Shown here piece by piece: positions 9,740 to 18,982 of a stretch of 64,000 nt of DNA; position 1 is the stretch's first letter, and each line of letters begins with the position of its first letter. The stretch comes from Spirochaetia bacterium (GTDB lineage: Bacteria; Spirochaetota; Spirochaetia; SZUA-6; Bin103). The notes beneath the pieces are model-generated. The model did no database searches, had not been told where the DNA came from, and saw only the letters and a list, made by a program, of their open reading frames with translations. Made by a program: the position numbers and the translations under genes. The stretch is from NCBI GenBank assembly GCA_965208575.1, contig CBDBOV010000002.1:320001-384000 (forward strand), in the 5' to 3' direction.

Positions 9740-10357
9740 TTGAGGAGTCGGATCGCCCCGGTTGCCCACCGCCACGGCGTCGATTTCAATGAATTGCGTG
9801 GGAGGTGGCCCGTGATTGCACGAATCCTCAAAAGACAGGTGGCCGGATTCGGCGACCGGTACGGCTACGACGCCAGCTACCTTCACGAGCTGGTCGACAC
9901 CGACCGCACGGGCGCGGTCAAGATGCTGCTGTTGGGTCCGTTCACCCGGCACCGATTCGGCCTGCCGGCGGCGCCCTACTTCGCCGCCAAGATCATCGCT
10001 ACGCAACGCGCCGACTGCGGCGCCTGCCTGAAGCTGGCGATCGACATGGCGGTCGAGGCCGGGGTGCCGCTGGCCCCGATCCGGCACTTGCTGGTCGGCT
10101 CGGCGGAGGAGGCACCGCCGGACATGCAGTTGGCCGCCCGGTACGCCCATGCGGTGCTGGACAACGATCCAGCCCTGCCCGAGGCGATCGAAGAGTGTAC
10201 GCGGCGCTGGGGCAAGCGAGGCCTCGCCGGCCTGGCGGCGGCCGTCGCCGCCGGCCAGCTTTATCCCGTGTTCAAACGCGGCCTGGGACACGGAACCTCG
10301 TGCACGCCAGTGATGGAGTGGCTGCGCTCCCCTGACGAGGGCTCGTGCGATTCTTGA
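9740..10357 (+). CDS. AhpD/carboxymuconolactone decarboxylase-like protein (start uncertain)
   Basis: F..RYGYDASYL, DCGAC CxxC, WGKRGL helical pattern. Confidence 0.7.
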   Translation: MRSRIAPVAHRHGVDFNELRGRWPVIARILKRQVAGFGDRYGYDASYLHELVDTDRTGAVKMLLLGPFTRHRFGLPAAPYFAAKIIATQRADCGACLKLAIDMAVEAGVPLAPIRHLLVGSAEEAPPDMQLAARYAHAVLDNDPALPEAIEECTRRWGKRGLAGLAAAVAAGQLYPVFKRGLGHGTSCTPVMEWLRSPDEGSCDS

Positions 10358-10391
10358 TGCCCTGCCTCCGTGCTATTGTTGCAACGGCACC

Positions 10392-11660
10392 ATGATCCGA
10401 CGCCTCCAGGCCTTCAACTACCGGTGTTTACGGTACGTGGACGTGGAGCTTGGCCGCTTCCACGTGCTCGTGGGTCCCAACGCCAGTGGCAAGAGCACGT
10501 GATTCGACGCCATAGCCTTCCTCGGCGATCTGGTGTCAGGCGGGCTCGAGGCAGCGGTCGAGAACCGCACGAGCAACTTCCAGGATCTCGTATGGGGCCG
10601 GCCAAGAGATGGTCTCGGCTTCGAACTGGCAGTGGAGTTCGACATATCGGACAAGCTCAGAAAACTGCTGCCTGCGGAGAAGGATTACGAAGCCTTTCGT
10701 TACGAGGTGGCGATCCGAGAGACCGAAGGCGACATCAGGATCGACTCGGAACGCGGTATGTTGATGCCACGGCGAGAATCACAACCGACGATCCAGCATG
10801 AGATGTTCCCAGCTCCGATGGCACCCCCTTTGACCATATTGATCGGTGGCAATCGTCGGGGATGGCGAACCATTCTGAGCAAGTCCACGCAAGCCAAGGA
10901 CAATTTCAACATCGAGACTTCCTCCAAGTCGGGTAAGGGATGGGCGACCAGCATCGCATTTGGCTATCGACGTTCGGCGCTTGGCAATCTTCCCGAGTCT
11001 CCGACGAACTTTCCGGTCTCGACGCATGTCAAGAGAGTGCTGGGAACCTCGATCAAGTCGTTCTTCCTCGTTAGCCGCGGTATGCGTGCGGCTAGTTCAC
11101 CAGCGAGGCGTGGTGATGGAATCGCGGAGGACGGTTCGAACCTTCCCTGGGTGATCAAGAGACTGAAGGAAGAACACCCCGAGTCCTATTGGGAATGGTT
11201 GTCGCACGTTCAGACGACGCTACGCGACTTGGCCTGCGTCGAGGTCGTGGAGCGTCAAGACGATCGCCACGCCTACCTGCGGCTTCGCTACAGGTCGGGG
11301 GTAGAGATACCATCATGGATGGCATCCGATGGGACACTCCGATTGTTGGCATTGACTCTTCCCGCTTACTTGCCGGGGTCGAATGATATTTGCATTCTGG
11401 AAGAGCCGGAAAACGGCATCCATCCGTTGGCTGTCGATTGTGTCTTCCAGTCGCTCAGTTCGGTGTACGAGTCGCAGGTACTGCTGGCGACCCACTCGCC
11501 CGTTGTGCTGAGAATGGCCGCATTGGACGAGGCACTCTGTTTCGCGAAGGATGCAGATGGTGCAACCGATGTCGTCCCGGGACACCTCCATCCCCGGTTG
11601 AAGGATTGGAGAGGCTCCCCCAACATGGATGTTTTGTTCGCCACCGGCGTCATTGGATGA
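10392..11660 (+). pseudogene. AAA_21/ABC-type ATPase (MAD3-like, defence-associated) interrupted by an in-frame TGA
   Basis: MIRRLQAFNYRCLRYVDV..FHVLVGPNASGKST*FDAIAF with TGA at 10500-10502 in frame with the 10533-11660 ORF; SDGTLRLL signature, LEEPENGIHP Walker B, ATHSP. Confidence 0.8.
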
Positions 11661-11878
11661 CCGATACTCCAACTGAACCACGTAGGCCTGTGCGGCTTGG
11701 CAACTGCGAGTGCCGCCTATCGGCTGTGCCAAGGTCGATCAGGGTCCTCACGAGTAGTCTTACGATAGGTGGAAACTCGGGATCCCGGATAGGACTAGAT
11801 CTTTTATTGTTTCCGGACGCAACAAGAGACGTCACCGCTTCCTGGTATAGGACCATATACCAGCGGTTGCGGCTTCGA

Positions 11879-13228
11879 TTATTGGCGCTTGAGCATCTCG
11901 CCGATCTCTTCCTTGACGAGATCCTCTTGGAGTTTGAAGAAGTCAAACAACTCATACATACCAGCCAGTAAACGATGAGCTATCTCGACGATATTATCCC
12001 GCACCTGTGATGCTGGTATGATGGTGTTTTCTTCAAACGAGTCAGTCATACTGGTCCGACTAGTGAATATCACGCTCGGGCGTCGCCGATCGATAGAAGT
12101 GAGTTTCCGCCCGTTCAGGCCGCTAAACCGACATCGAACTGCTATACTACTGACGCCGGCGAAGGTCTCTGCAAGACGTCCCGCGAACAGGACACTCTCT
12201 GCTACTCGCCAAACAGGCAGAGTAACATCTATAACGGAACCATCCGAGTAGTGTAGCAGCCCATCTTCCGTGTATCCACGAATCGTATAGAGGTTACCAT
12301 TCGGCGTGGCCCGCCAATAATCGCACACCGAAGGGTCATCGTCCGTCACGCGGCTGTCGCCGCCAGGCCAAGATTCTATGCTCTGCCCATAGGGTCGCTG
12401 TTCCCAATCCAAGAACGGCACCCAACCAGTCAGTTTTATGCGGTGTGCTTCTGCAAGCCTATTACGTAGCTCTGTAAGATTACCTGCGGGGACGGCACCT
12501 ATTGGTGAGAATGCCATCTCGTAGTAACCGTGTGGAAATCTCGCCGCTGCACCTTCGGGGAGTGGCTTGACAAGTTCCTCCCATCTCTTGCGGGACTCAT
12601 CGCAGAATGAAAACAATTCGGCAAACGCATCTGGAGAAGGAGCGGGCGGCTCGGAAGTACCTAACACGATAGCCCTGATAGAGTCCAACATGTCGGACCT
12701 GTTCTCCCTTACACAACGATCAATCAAGTGACGCCACTCGGCACCCGACTGGGGTTCTTCGCTGCGAGGGCCTGGTTTCCTTATGTAACATCGGTGTTTC
12801 TGTATCGCGCCATCGCAGCCCCGTTTTGCCATCACTGGGACCTTGCTTCCAGGAACGGTTACTACCGGATGTTTAACTCCGTTCTGCTTGTTCTCAACAT
12901 AGTGAACCTCGCAGTGAAATTCAGGGTCAGCAAAACGGATAATCGCGCTGTTCACCGCATCCTGCTTAATCTCAAGCTGCGGCGGGCCGGGCTGCGATCG
13001 CAGGTTTGCCCCATCTTCCAGGAACCCTAGGACGATGAACCCCCCACCATGATTGGCTAATGCTATGGCCGCCTTCGCCAAGTTAGCCTTGTGCTCGTTC
13101 TTACGCAAGTCGAGCCAACACTTATACTCGGCGCTAAGGTCTTCCCTCGGGTGGGATACTAAAGAATCGATTCTGCTCGGCAGGCGTTCCGCCGGGCCTT
13201 GGCCACCTATCGCCGCCGCGTGTCCCAT
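11879..13228 (-). CDS. Schlafen/AlbA_2 domain protein
   Basis: EDLSAEYK..LAKAAIALANHGGGFIVLG AlbA_2 signature; markedly lower GC than flanks; start Met at 13228. Confidence 0.85.
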   Translation of the reverse strand: MGHAAAIGGQGPAERLPSRIDSLVSHPREDLSAEYKCWLDLRKNEHKANLAKAAIALANHGGGFIVLGFLEDGANLRSQPGPPQLEIKQDAVNSAIIRFADPEFHCEVHYVENKQNGVKHPVVTVPGSKVPVMAKRGCDGAIQKHRCYIRKPGPRSEEPQSGAEWRHLIDRCVRENRSDMLDSIRAIVLGTSEPPAPSPDAFAELFSFCDESRKRWEELVKPLPEGAAARFPHGYYEMAFSPIGAVPAGNLTELRNRLAEAHRIKLTGWVPFLDWEQRPYGQSIESWPGGDSRVTDDDPSVCDYWRATPNGNLYTIRGYTEDGLLHYSDGSVIDVTLPVWRVAESVLFAGRLAETFAGVSSIAVRCRFSGLNGRKLTSIDRRRPSVIFTSRTSMTDSFEENTIIPASQVRDNIVEIAHRLLAGMYELFDFFKLQEDLVKEEIGEMLKRQ

Positions 13229-13505
13229 ATGTCTCCTTAGTCCGCCAAATCCGGGCGAGTCGGCGCGGAAAGTATTGCGCTGGGTGCGAGTAGTCAATTG
13301 CTGCTTACATGAAGGTGGTGAAGGTGGCTTGGTACATTCTTTGTCTGTGGCACCTGTGGTGCAGCGGCCTCCTGGCGTTTGGCGACCTCTCGCTGAGTCC
13401 GTTTGGGTGGCGCTGCCCGGCGGCCGCTGCCGGCACTGTGTCGTAGCTCGGACGAGTTGAGGCGCCGAACTTGCGTTCCTGCCCAACAACCACGGTTGGT
13501 CGTGG

Positions 13506-15149
13506 TCAGGAGACTTCGTGGATTTCGCGGGCTATGGGGAAGCGGCGGCCGGTGCCGAAGGCGCGTGGGGAGATCTTGAGGATGGTGGGGGCCTGGCGGC
13601 GCTTGTACTCGGAGAGGCCGACGCGGCGCAGGACGTCGGCGACGGTGGCGTCGTCGTAGCCGCGGGCGACGATCTCGGCGCGGGTGAGGTTGCCGATCAC
13701 GTACAGGTCGAGGATGCGGTCGAGCACTTCGTAGTCGGGCAGGGAGTCCTGGTCGGTCTGGCCGGGGCGCAGTTCGGCGGAGGGTGGCTTGGTGAGGGTG
13801 GCCTCGGGGATGATCTCTCCGTCGCGGTTGATGGCGCGGGCGAGGGCGTACACCTCGGTCTTGAGCAGGTCGCCGATCGGGGCGAGGCCGCCGCACAGGT
13901 CGCCGTACAGGGTGGAGTAGCCGGTGGCGAGTTCCGACTTGTTGCCGGTGGCGAGCAGGATGGAGCCGGTCTTGTTGGAGTAGGCCATCATCAGCATGCC
14001 GCGGATGCGCGCCTGCAGGTTCTCCTCGGTGATGTCGGGCGGTAAGCCGGCGAACACCGGGGCGAGGGCGCGCTCGTAGCCGGCGTACAGTTCTTCGATG
14101 GCGATGGTGTGCATTGGCACGCCGAGCCGCTCGCACAGCAGCGCGGCGTCGGTCTTGCTGCCTTGCGACGAGTACATCGAGGGCAGCGAGAACGCGGTGA
14201 CCCGCTCCGGGCCGAGCGCACGGGCGGCCAGCGCGGCCACCAGCGCGGAGTCGATGCCCCCGGACACGGAAACGTGCACGCGTTCGTGGTGGGTCTTGCG
14301 CAGGTAGTCGGCGATGCCCATGCCGAGGGCGCGCTCGGCGGCGTGCCAGTCGTCGTCCGCGGGGGCGACCGGCTCGCCGGGCTGCTCGCTGTCCCACACC
14401 ATGAGCTGTTCCTCGAAGCCGGTACATTGCAGTACGAGTTCGCCGCGGGCGTCGGTTACCATCGACTGGCCGTCGAACAGCAGGCCGTCGTTGCCGCCCA
14501 CCATGTTGACGTATACCACCGGGACGCCGGCGCTCGCGCCGATACCGGCCAGGAGCCGGCGGCGTACGTGCGGTTTGCCGCGGTAGTAGGGGGAGGCGGA
14601 CGGCGCCACCAGCACGGTCGCGCCCTGGTCCAGGCAGTCGCGCACCGGATCGACGGCGTAGCGGCCGGCGGGGTCGGGCTCGGTCTCCCACCAGATGTCC
14701 TCGCAGATGGTGATGCCGATGCGTTCGCCCTTGAAGTGGGCGAGGCGCCGTTCGGCGGCGGGTTCGAAGTAGCGCGACTCGTCGAACACGTCGTAGGCGG
14801 GCAACAGGGTCTTGGCCTGCGTGTGCAGGATGCGCCCTTCGGCGAGCAGGCTGGCGGCGTTGGCCAGGTGCTTGCCGGAAGCGCCGCGGTTGCGGTCGAC
14901 GTAGCCGATCACGGCGCCGAGGCCGGGCGGCATGGCGCGCTGAAGGTGGCGCAGCGCCTTGCGGTTCTCCGCCACGAACGAGCCGTGATCGAGCAGGTCC
15001 ATCGGCGGGTAGCCGCACAGGCACAGCTCCGGGAACACCACCAGGTCGGCATGCAGGGCACGCGCCTCCCGCAGCCGGGCGAGGATGCGTGCACTGTTGC
15101 CGGCGAAGTCGCCGACGGTGGAGTTGATCTGGGCGAGGGCGATGCGCAT
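13506..15149 (-). CDS. nadE: Glutamine-dependent NAD+ synthetase
   Basis: Nitrilase domain (VFPEL, ICEDIW) fused to SGGIDS, NLQARIRG, TGNKSE, PSAELRPGQTD. Confidence 0.97.
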   Translation of the reverse strand: MRIALAQINSTVGDFAGNSARILARLREARALHADLVVFPELCLCGYPPMDLLDHGSFVAENRKALRHLQRAMPPGLGAVIGYVDRNRGASGKHLANAASLLAEGRILHTQAKTLLPAYDVFDESRYFEPAAERRLAHFKGERIGITICEDIWWETEPDPAGRYAVDPVRDCLDQGATVLVAPSASPYYRGKPHVRRRLLAGIGASAGVPVVYVNMVGGNDGLLFDGQSMVTDARGELVLQCTGFEEQLMVWDSEQPGEPVAPADDDWHAAERALGMGIADYLRKTHHERVHVSVSGGIDSALVAALAARALGPERVTAFSLPSMYSSQGSKTDAALLCERLGVPMHTIAIEELYAGYERALAPVFAGLPPDITEENLQARIRGMLMMAYSNKTGSILLATGNKSELATGYSTLYGDLCGGLAPIGDLLKTEVYALARAINRDGEIIPEATLTKPPSAELRPGQTDQDSLPDYEVLDRILDLYVIGNLTRAEIVARGYDDATVADVLRRVGLSEYKRRQAPTILKISPRAFGTGRRFPIAREIHEVS

Positions 15150-15157
15150 CGGCTGAT

Positions 15158-15231
<74 letters not shown>

Positions 15232-15697
15232 GCGGTTGAACTACGCTCCATGAATAGCAGGATTCGCGCTGCAGGCTCAAGCGCCGGCCCACGGACGGTG
15301 CGAATGCGAATAGCGGTGGTGGCGGTCGACGAAATCGGAACGCACCGATCTCACCCCACCGCTCCGGTCGGCACGGCAGCAGATGGGGGACCGGGCGGGC
15401 TGCCGCGGGTGCCGGTGGTCGTGAGGCCCACGTGCCGGGCGGGTCGGACCATCTTGGCGGCGTGAGGTGTCCGACCTGCACCAAAAAACTGCAGAAAATC
15501 GGGCGCAGGGGTTGACGCACTTTTCCGCTGCCGCTGAAGGCCCCTGGCGGGCCTTGAAGCCCGGCAATGGTCTGCGACCGCCAAGTGGCCGACCGCGTGC
15601 CCCTGCAGCCGCCAATTCGCGCCCCAGTGGCGCTGCCGGTGCCGGGTCGAGGACCTGCACGAAAGTGCTATCTACCGGCCAGTGTTATATTTAAGAC

Positions 15698-18118
15698 ATG
15701 CCAAACATGACCGGCGAGACCGGCAGACGACCCTTCAGTTCACTCGGCGATCAGCAGCTCCTGGAGCAGACCAGGCGCCTGGCGGCCAACCAGCGCGGGC
15801 TCGAAGTGCACATCCTGGACCATCTCGACGAGATCGACCGGCGTGGGCTGGCGCTGCGGCGCGGGTTCTCGAGCCTGTTCGACTACGCGGTGCGGGAGTT
15901 GCGGTTCACCGATGCGGCCGCGCAACGGCGTATTCAGACCATGAGGTTGTGCCGGCGGCATGGCTGGGTGCGGGCCATGCTGCACAGCGGCGAGTTGAGT
16001 GTGACGTCGGCGGCGCAGTTGGAGACCGCGTTTGGCGCCGCCGAGCGCCAGTGCCGGAGAGCGAGCGCGAGCGTCGATGAGGAGCGCTGCGAAGATCTGC
16101 ATGGGCTGCCTGCGGTGCCGAGCGGAGCGGGAGACCAGGATGCCGAAGCGTCGGGAGCGAGGATGGCCGGTGCCGCGGCGGTGACGGCATCGACGCCGCG
16201 CGGCGTGGCCGCCGTCGCCCAGGAGCTCGGTGACGCCAGAGGCTGCGGGGCCCGGCATACCGGGAATGACGGCTGCAGACGGCTGTCGGTCGAGCCGGAG
16301 GCGCGGTCGCTCGGTGACGCCGGAGGCCGCGAGGAGCGGCATGCGGAGCGCGACCGTTGCGGGCCATCGTCGGACGGCTCGGCGGCGTGGTCGTCTTGTG
16401 CCGCCGGGGGCCGCGAAGACCGGCATACTGTGAGCGACCGTTGCAGCCGACCGTCTGACGACTCGGCGGCAGGCGGTGTCCGCCCGGCAGCGGCGGGTGC
16501 GCAGCCGGTGGGCCGATTGGACTGGAGTGCCGCCACCTCGGGCGCTGCACCGGCTTCGACGGCCGCCACGCTGCACGCGCCACCGCCTGCGGCGCCGGGG
16601 CGTGTACCGCGGCCCGGGCTCACGGGTACTGAGGCCGCGACCACGCCGGTGGTGCCGGTGGCGAGCCACGCGGCTGCGCAGCACCGCGGCGCCCGGCATG
16701 GCGATGCGCTGCCGGCGCGCCGGGAGTCGAGCGGAGCCGCCTGGCACTCTCCGGCACCGTTGCGGGCTGCCGGTGCCGCCGTGGCCTCCTCGGACCAGGG
16801 CCCGGCGGCGCCACTGCTGCCGCCGGCGAGGGGCGCCGAGCCGGGACCGTTGCCGGTCGTGGCCGCATCGGAGCCGCGGCTCACCGCTGCGCTCGCACCG
16901 GCGCCGTCACGCAGTGATCGGAACCCGGAACTTTGTTCCAACCCGGAACTTTGTTCCAACCCGGAGCGGTCCGCCGGGCCGGTGACCGCCGCCGTGCTGC
17001 TGCACCCGCGGCGCCAGCGCGAGCTGATCGAGCAGGCCGCCGGCATGAGCACGCGCCAGGTCGCCGGCCTGCTGGCGAGCGCCGCTCCCCAGGTGGTGCC
17101 GCCGCGCGACACGCTGCGCGCGGTGGCGCCGGACCGCTACACCTTGAAGGTGAGCATCGACCAGGAGTGCGAGCAGGGACTGCGCCGCCTGAAGGACCTG
17201 CTGTCGCACGTCGACCCGCGCATGTCGTGGGGGGACCTGGTGGCGCGCCTGGTGCGCGAGGCGGTGGCGCGGCACGACCCGCGGCGCGGCGGTGGCAGGC
17301 GGGGGCGTACGGGCGGCACGGCAGCATCGTCGCCGCGGGAGCGGACCGGCGCACCCTCGGTCGTGGCGGCGGCCGCGGCCGGCGGGGAGCAGCCGCGGGC
17401 CGCGACGATCCGCAACGCTGCCGGGGTGCGCGGCGTTGCGCCCGCCGCCCCGACGGGCGGTGCAATGTCAGTTGGCGCCGGCGGCGGCCTGGCCGACGGT
17501 ACTGATGCCACGCCGATCCGGCCGGCCGCGACTGCGGCGCCGAGGTTGGCCAGCGGCGGCTCTGCCGACGGCGCTGGTGCCACGCGGATCCCGAGGGCAA
17601 CGACTGCGGCGCCGGAGTTGGTCAGCGGCGGCACCGGCGACGGCGCTGAAGGCGCAGATGCGACGCGGATCCGGTCGGCAACGACTGCGGCGTCGCAGTT
17701 GGTCAGTGGCGGCTCCGCCGACGGCGCTGGTGCCACGCGGATTCGACGGGTCACGACTGCGGCGCCGAAGTTGGCCGGCGGCGTGCCGCCTGCGCGTGGT
17801 GCGGGCGGCACGCCGGGGGGAGCGTCGCCGCAGTGCACCGGCGATGCTCCGCTCGGCCCGCGCCGGCCGTCGCCGCGGCGCTCCATTCCAGCGGCTGTCC
17901 GGCGTCTCGTCTGGCTGCGTGACGGGGGGCGCTGCCGCTATCGGGATCCGCTCACCGGTCGCCGCTGCAATTCGTCCCACCTGCTACAGATCCACCACCT
18001 GCTGCCGGTTGCAGAGGGGGGCGGCCCGGAGGCGGAGAACTTGGCTCTCGCATGTCTGGCGCACCACCGCATGTGCCACGGCTACGGACCAACTCCGCCG
18101 CCGGAGCCGTCGCGGTAG
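15698..18118 (+). CDS. HNH endonuclease with DUF222-like N-terminal helical region and long low-complexity insertions
   Basis: N-terminal L.DQQLL..ILDHLDEIDRR..GFSSLFDY; C-terminal RSIPAAVRRLVWLRDGGRC..C..IHH....GG..ENL..C..HH. Confidence 0.82.
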   Translation: MPNMTGETGRRPFSSLGDQQLLEQTRRLAANQRGLEVHILDHLDEIDRRGLALRRGFSSLFDYAVRELRFTDAAAQRRIQTMRLCRRHGWVRAMLHSGELSVTSAAQLETAFGAAERQCRRASASVDEERCEDLHGLPAVPSGAGDQDAEASGARMAGAAAVTASTPRGVAAVAQELGDARGCGARHTGNDGCRRLSVEPEARSLGDAGGREERHAERDRCGPSSDGSAAWSSCAAGGREDRHTVSDRCSRPSDDSAAGGVRPAAAGAQPVGRLDWSAATSGAAPASTAATLHAPPPAAPGRVPRPGLTGTEAATTPVVPVASHAAAQHRGARHGDALPARRESSGAAWHSPAPLRAAGAAVASSDQGPAAPLLPPARGAEPGPLPVVAASEPRLTAALAPAPSRSDRNPELCSNPELCSNPERSAGPVTAAVLLHPRRQRELIEQAAGMSTRQVAGLLASAAPQVVPPRDTLRAVAPDRYTLKVSIDQECEQGLRRLKDLLSHVDPRMSWGDLVARLVREAVARHDPRRGGGRRGRTGGTAASSPRERTGAPSVVAAAAAGGEQPRAATIRNAAGVRGVAPAAPTGGAMSVGAGGGLADGTDATPIRPAATAAPRLASGGSADGAGATRIPRATTAAPELVSGGTGDGAEGADATRIRSATTAASQLVSGGSADGAGATRIRRVTTAAPKLAGGVPPARGAGGTPGGASPQCTGDAPLGPRRPSPRRSIPAAVRRLVWLRDGGRCRYRDPLTGRRCNSSHLLQIHHLLPVAEGGGPEAENLALACLAHHRMCHGYGPTPPPEPSR
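16922..16965 (+). repeat. 18-bp in-frame tandem repeat (NPELCS)
   Basis: aacccggaactttgttcc x2 plus a partial third unit. Confidence 0.85.
17480..17780 (+). repeat. Four degenerate ~72-bp in-frame repeats (GGSADGAGATRI..TTAAP.L)
   Basis: Visible at both DNA and protein level inside the HNH gene. Confidence 0.8.
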
Positions 18119-18276
18119 CGCCGCCTCCACGCCGGGGCTGCGTGCGGAGTTGGCCGCCCGTCGTGCGTTCCGGCAAGCTGTCTGCCGTCGATCCGGCTAT
18201 GCGAATTCTGCCGTTCGGACCCCCCGCGGAGGTCGTGGAGGTCGCGGAGGGCGCTCGGATGCGGCGTCCGACCCGG

Positions 18277-18918
18277 TCATCCGTTCTGCAGGCGGCGCAG
18301 GGGGGTGGGGAAGCCGCGCGCGGAGAGTTCACCGGCGATGCGGTCGGCGTCGGCGGCGTTCAGGTTGCGGATCACCACGCGGGTGACGCCGGGCCCGGAT
18401 GTCAGTTCCGCGCGGTAGCCGGCCGCGCGCAGCCGGTCGAGCAGGGTGTTCGCGTTGGCGCGGTCTTCGAACGAGGCGACCTGCAGGAAGTAGGTGCCGG
18501 CCTGTGCGTCGCCGCCGCCGATCACCTCAATGCGCACCGGAGCGGTGCCGGTACGGTCCAGGCCGAGGTCGCGCGCGGCGGCCAGCGACAGGTCGATGAT
18601 GCGGCCATGCACGAACGGTCCGCGGTCGTTGATGCGCACCACGGTGGAGGCGCGGGTGCCGAGGTGGGTGACGCGCACCATGGTGCCGAACGGCAATTCG
18701 CGGTGTGCCGCGGTGTGCGCCCACATGTCGTACGGCTCGCCGCTGGCGGTAGGCTTGCCGTGGAAGTCCTGGCCGTACCAGGACGCCTCGCCGGTCTGTG
18801 TCGAGCCGGCCGGGGCGCGGGTCATCTCGCGCCCGGTGGCGCAGCCGGCGAAGCCGAGCACCCCCGCCAGGGAGAGGAGCAGAGGCGCACGGATTGAGGA
18901 TGACAGTCGGCGCAGCAT
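18277..18918 (-). CDS. rlpA: Septal ring lytic transglycosylase RlpA lipoprotein with SPOR domain
   Basis: Lipobox FAGC, GEASWYG..TASGE.YD..TAAHRELPFG, RINDRGPF, IIDLS; C-terminal LQVASF SPOR. Confidence 0.93.
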   Translation of the reverse strand: MLRRLSSSIRAPLLLSLAGVLGFAGCATGREMTRAPAGSTQTGEASWYGQDFHGKPTASGEPYDMWAHTAAHRELPFGTMVRVTHLGTRASTVVRINDRGPFVHGRIIDLSLAAARDLGLDRTGTAPVRIEVIGGGDAQAGTYFLQVASFEDRANANTLLDRLRAAGYRAELTSGPGVTRVVIRNLNAADADRIAGELSARGFPTPLRRLQNG

Positions 18919-18982
18919 GTTCGCGTGGCGCCACGCCCCGACATTGCCGGGCGAGTGACGCTTTTCCTATACTCGGCGGGAG

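Noticed and set aside
9420-9740. Short minus-strand ORF (MSEGYETCRGLLRLYDDF...)
   Set aside because: No recognisable motif or clear translation signals; it may be a remnant but cannot be supported
10500-10502. TGA recoding (Trp/Sec or alternative genetic code)
   Set aside because: The position is normally aliphatic after Walker A, many genes here end in TGA, and Trp is encoded by TGG
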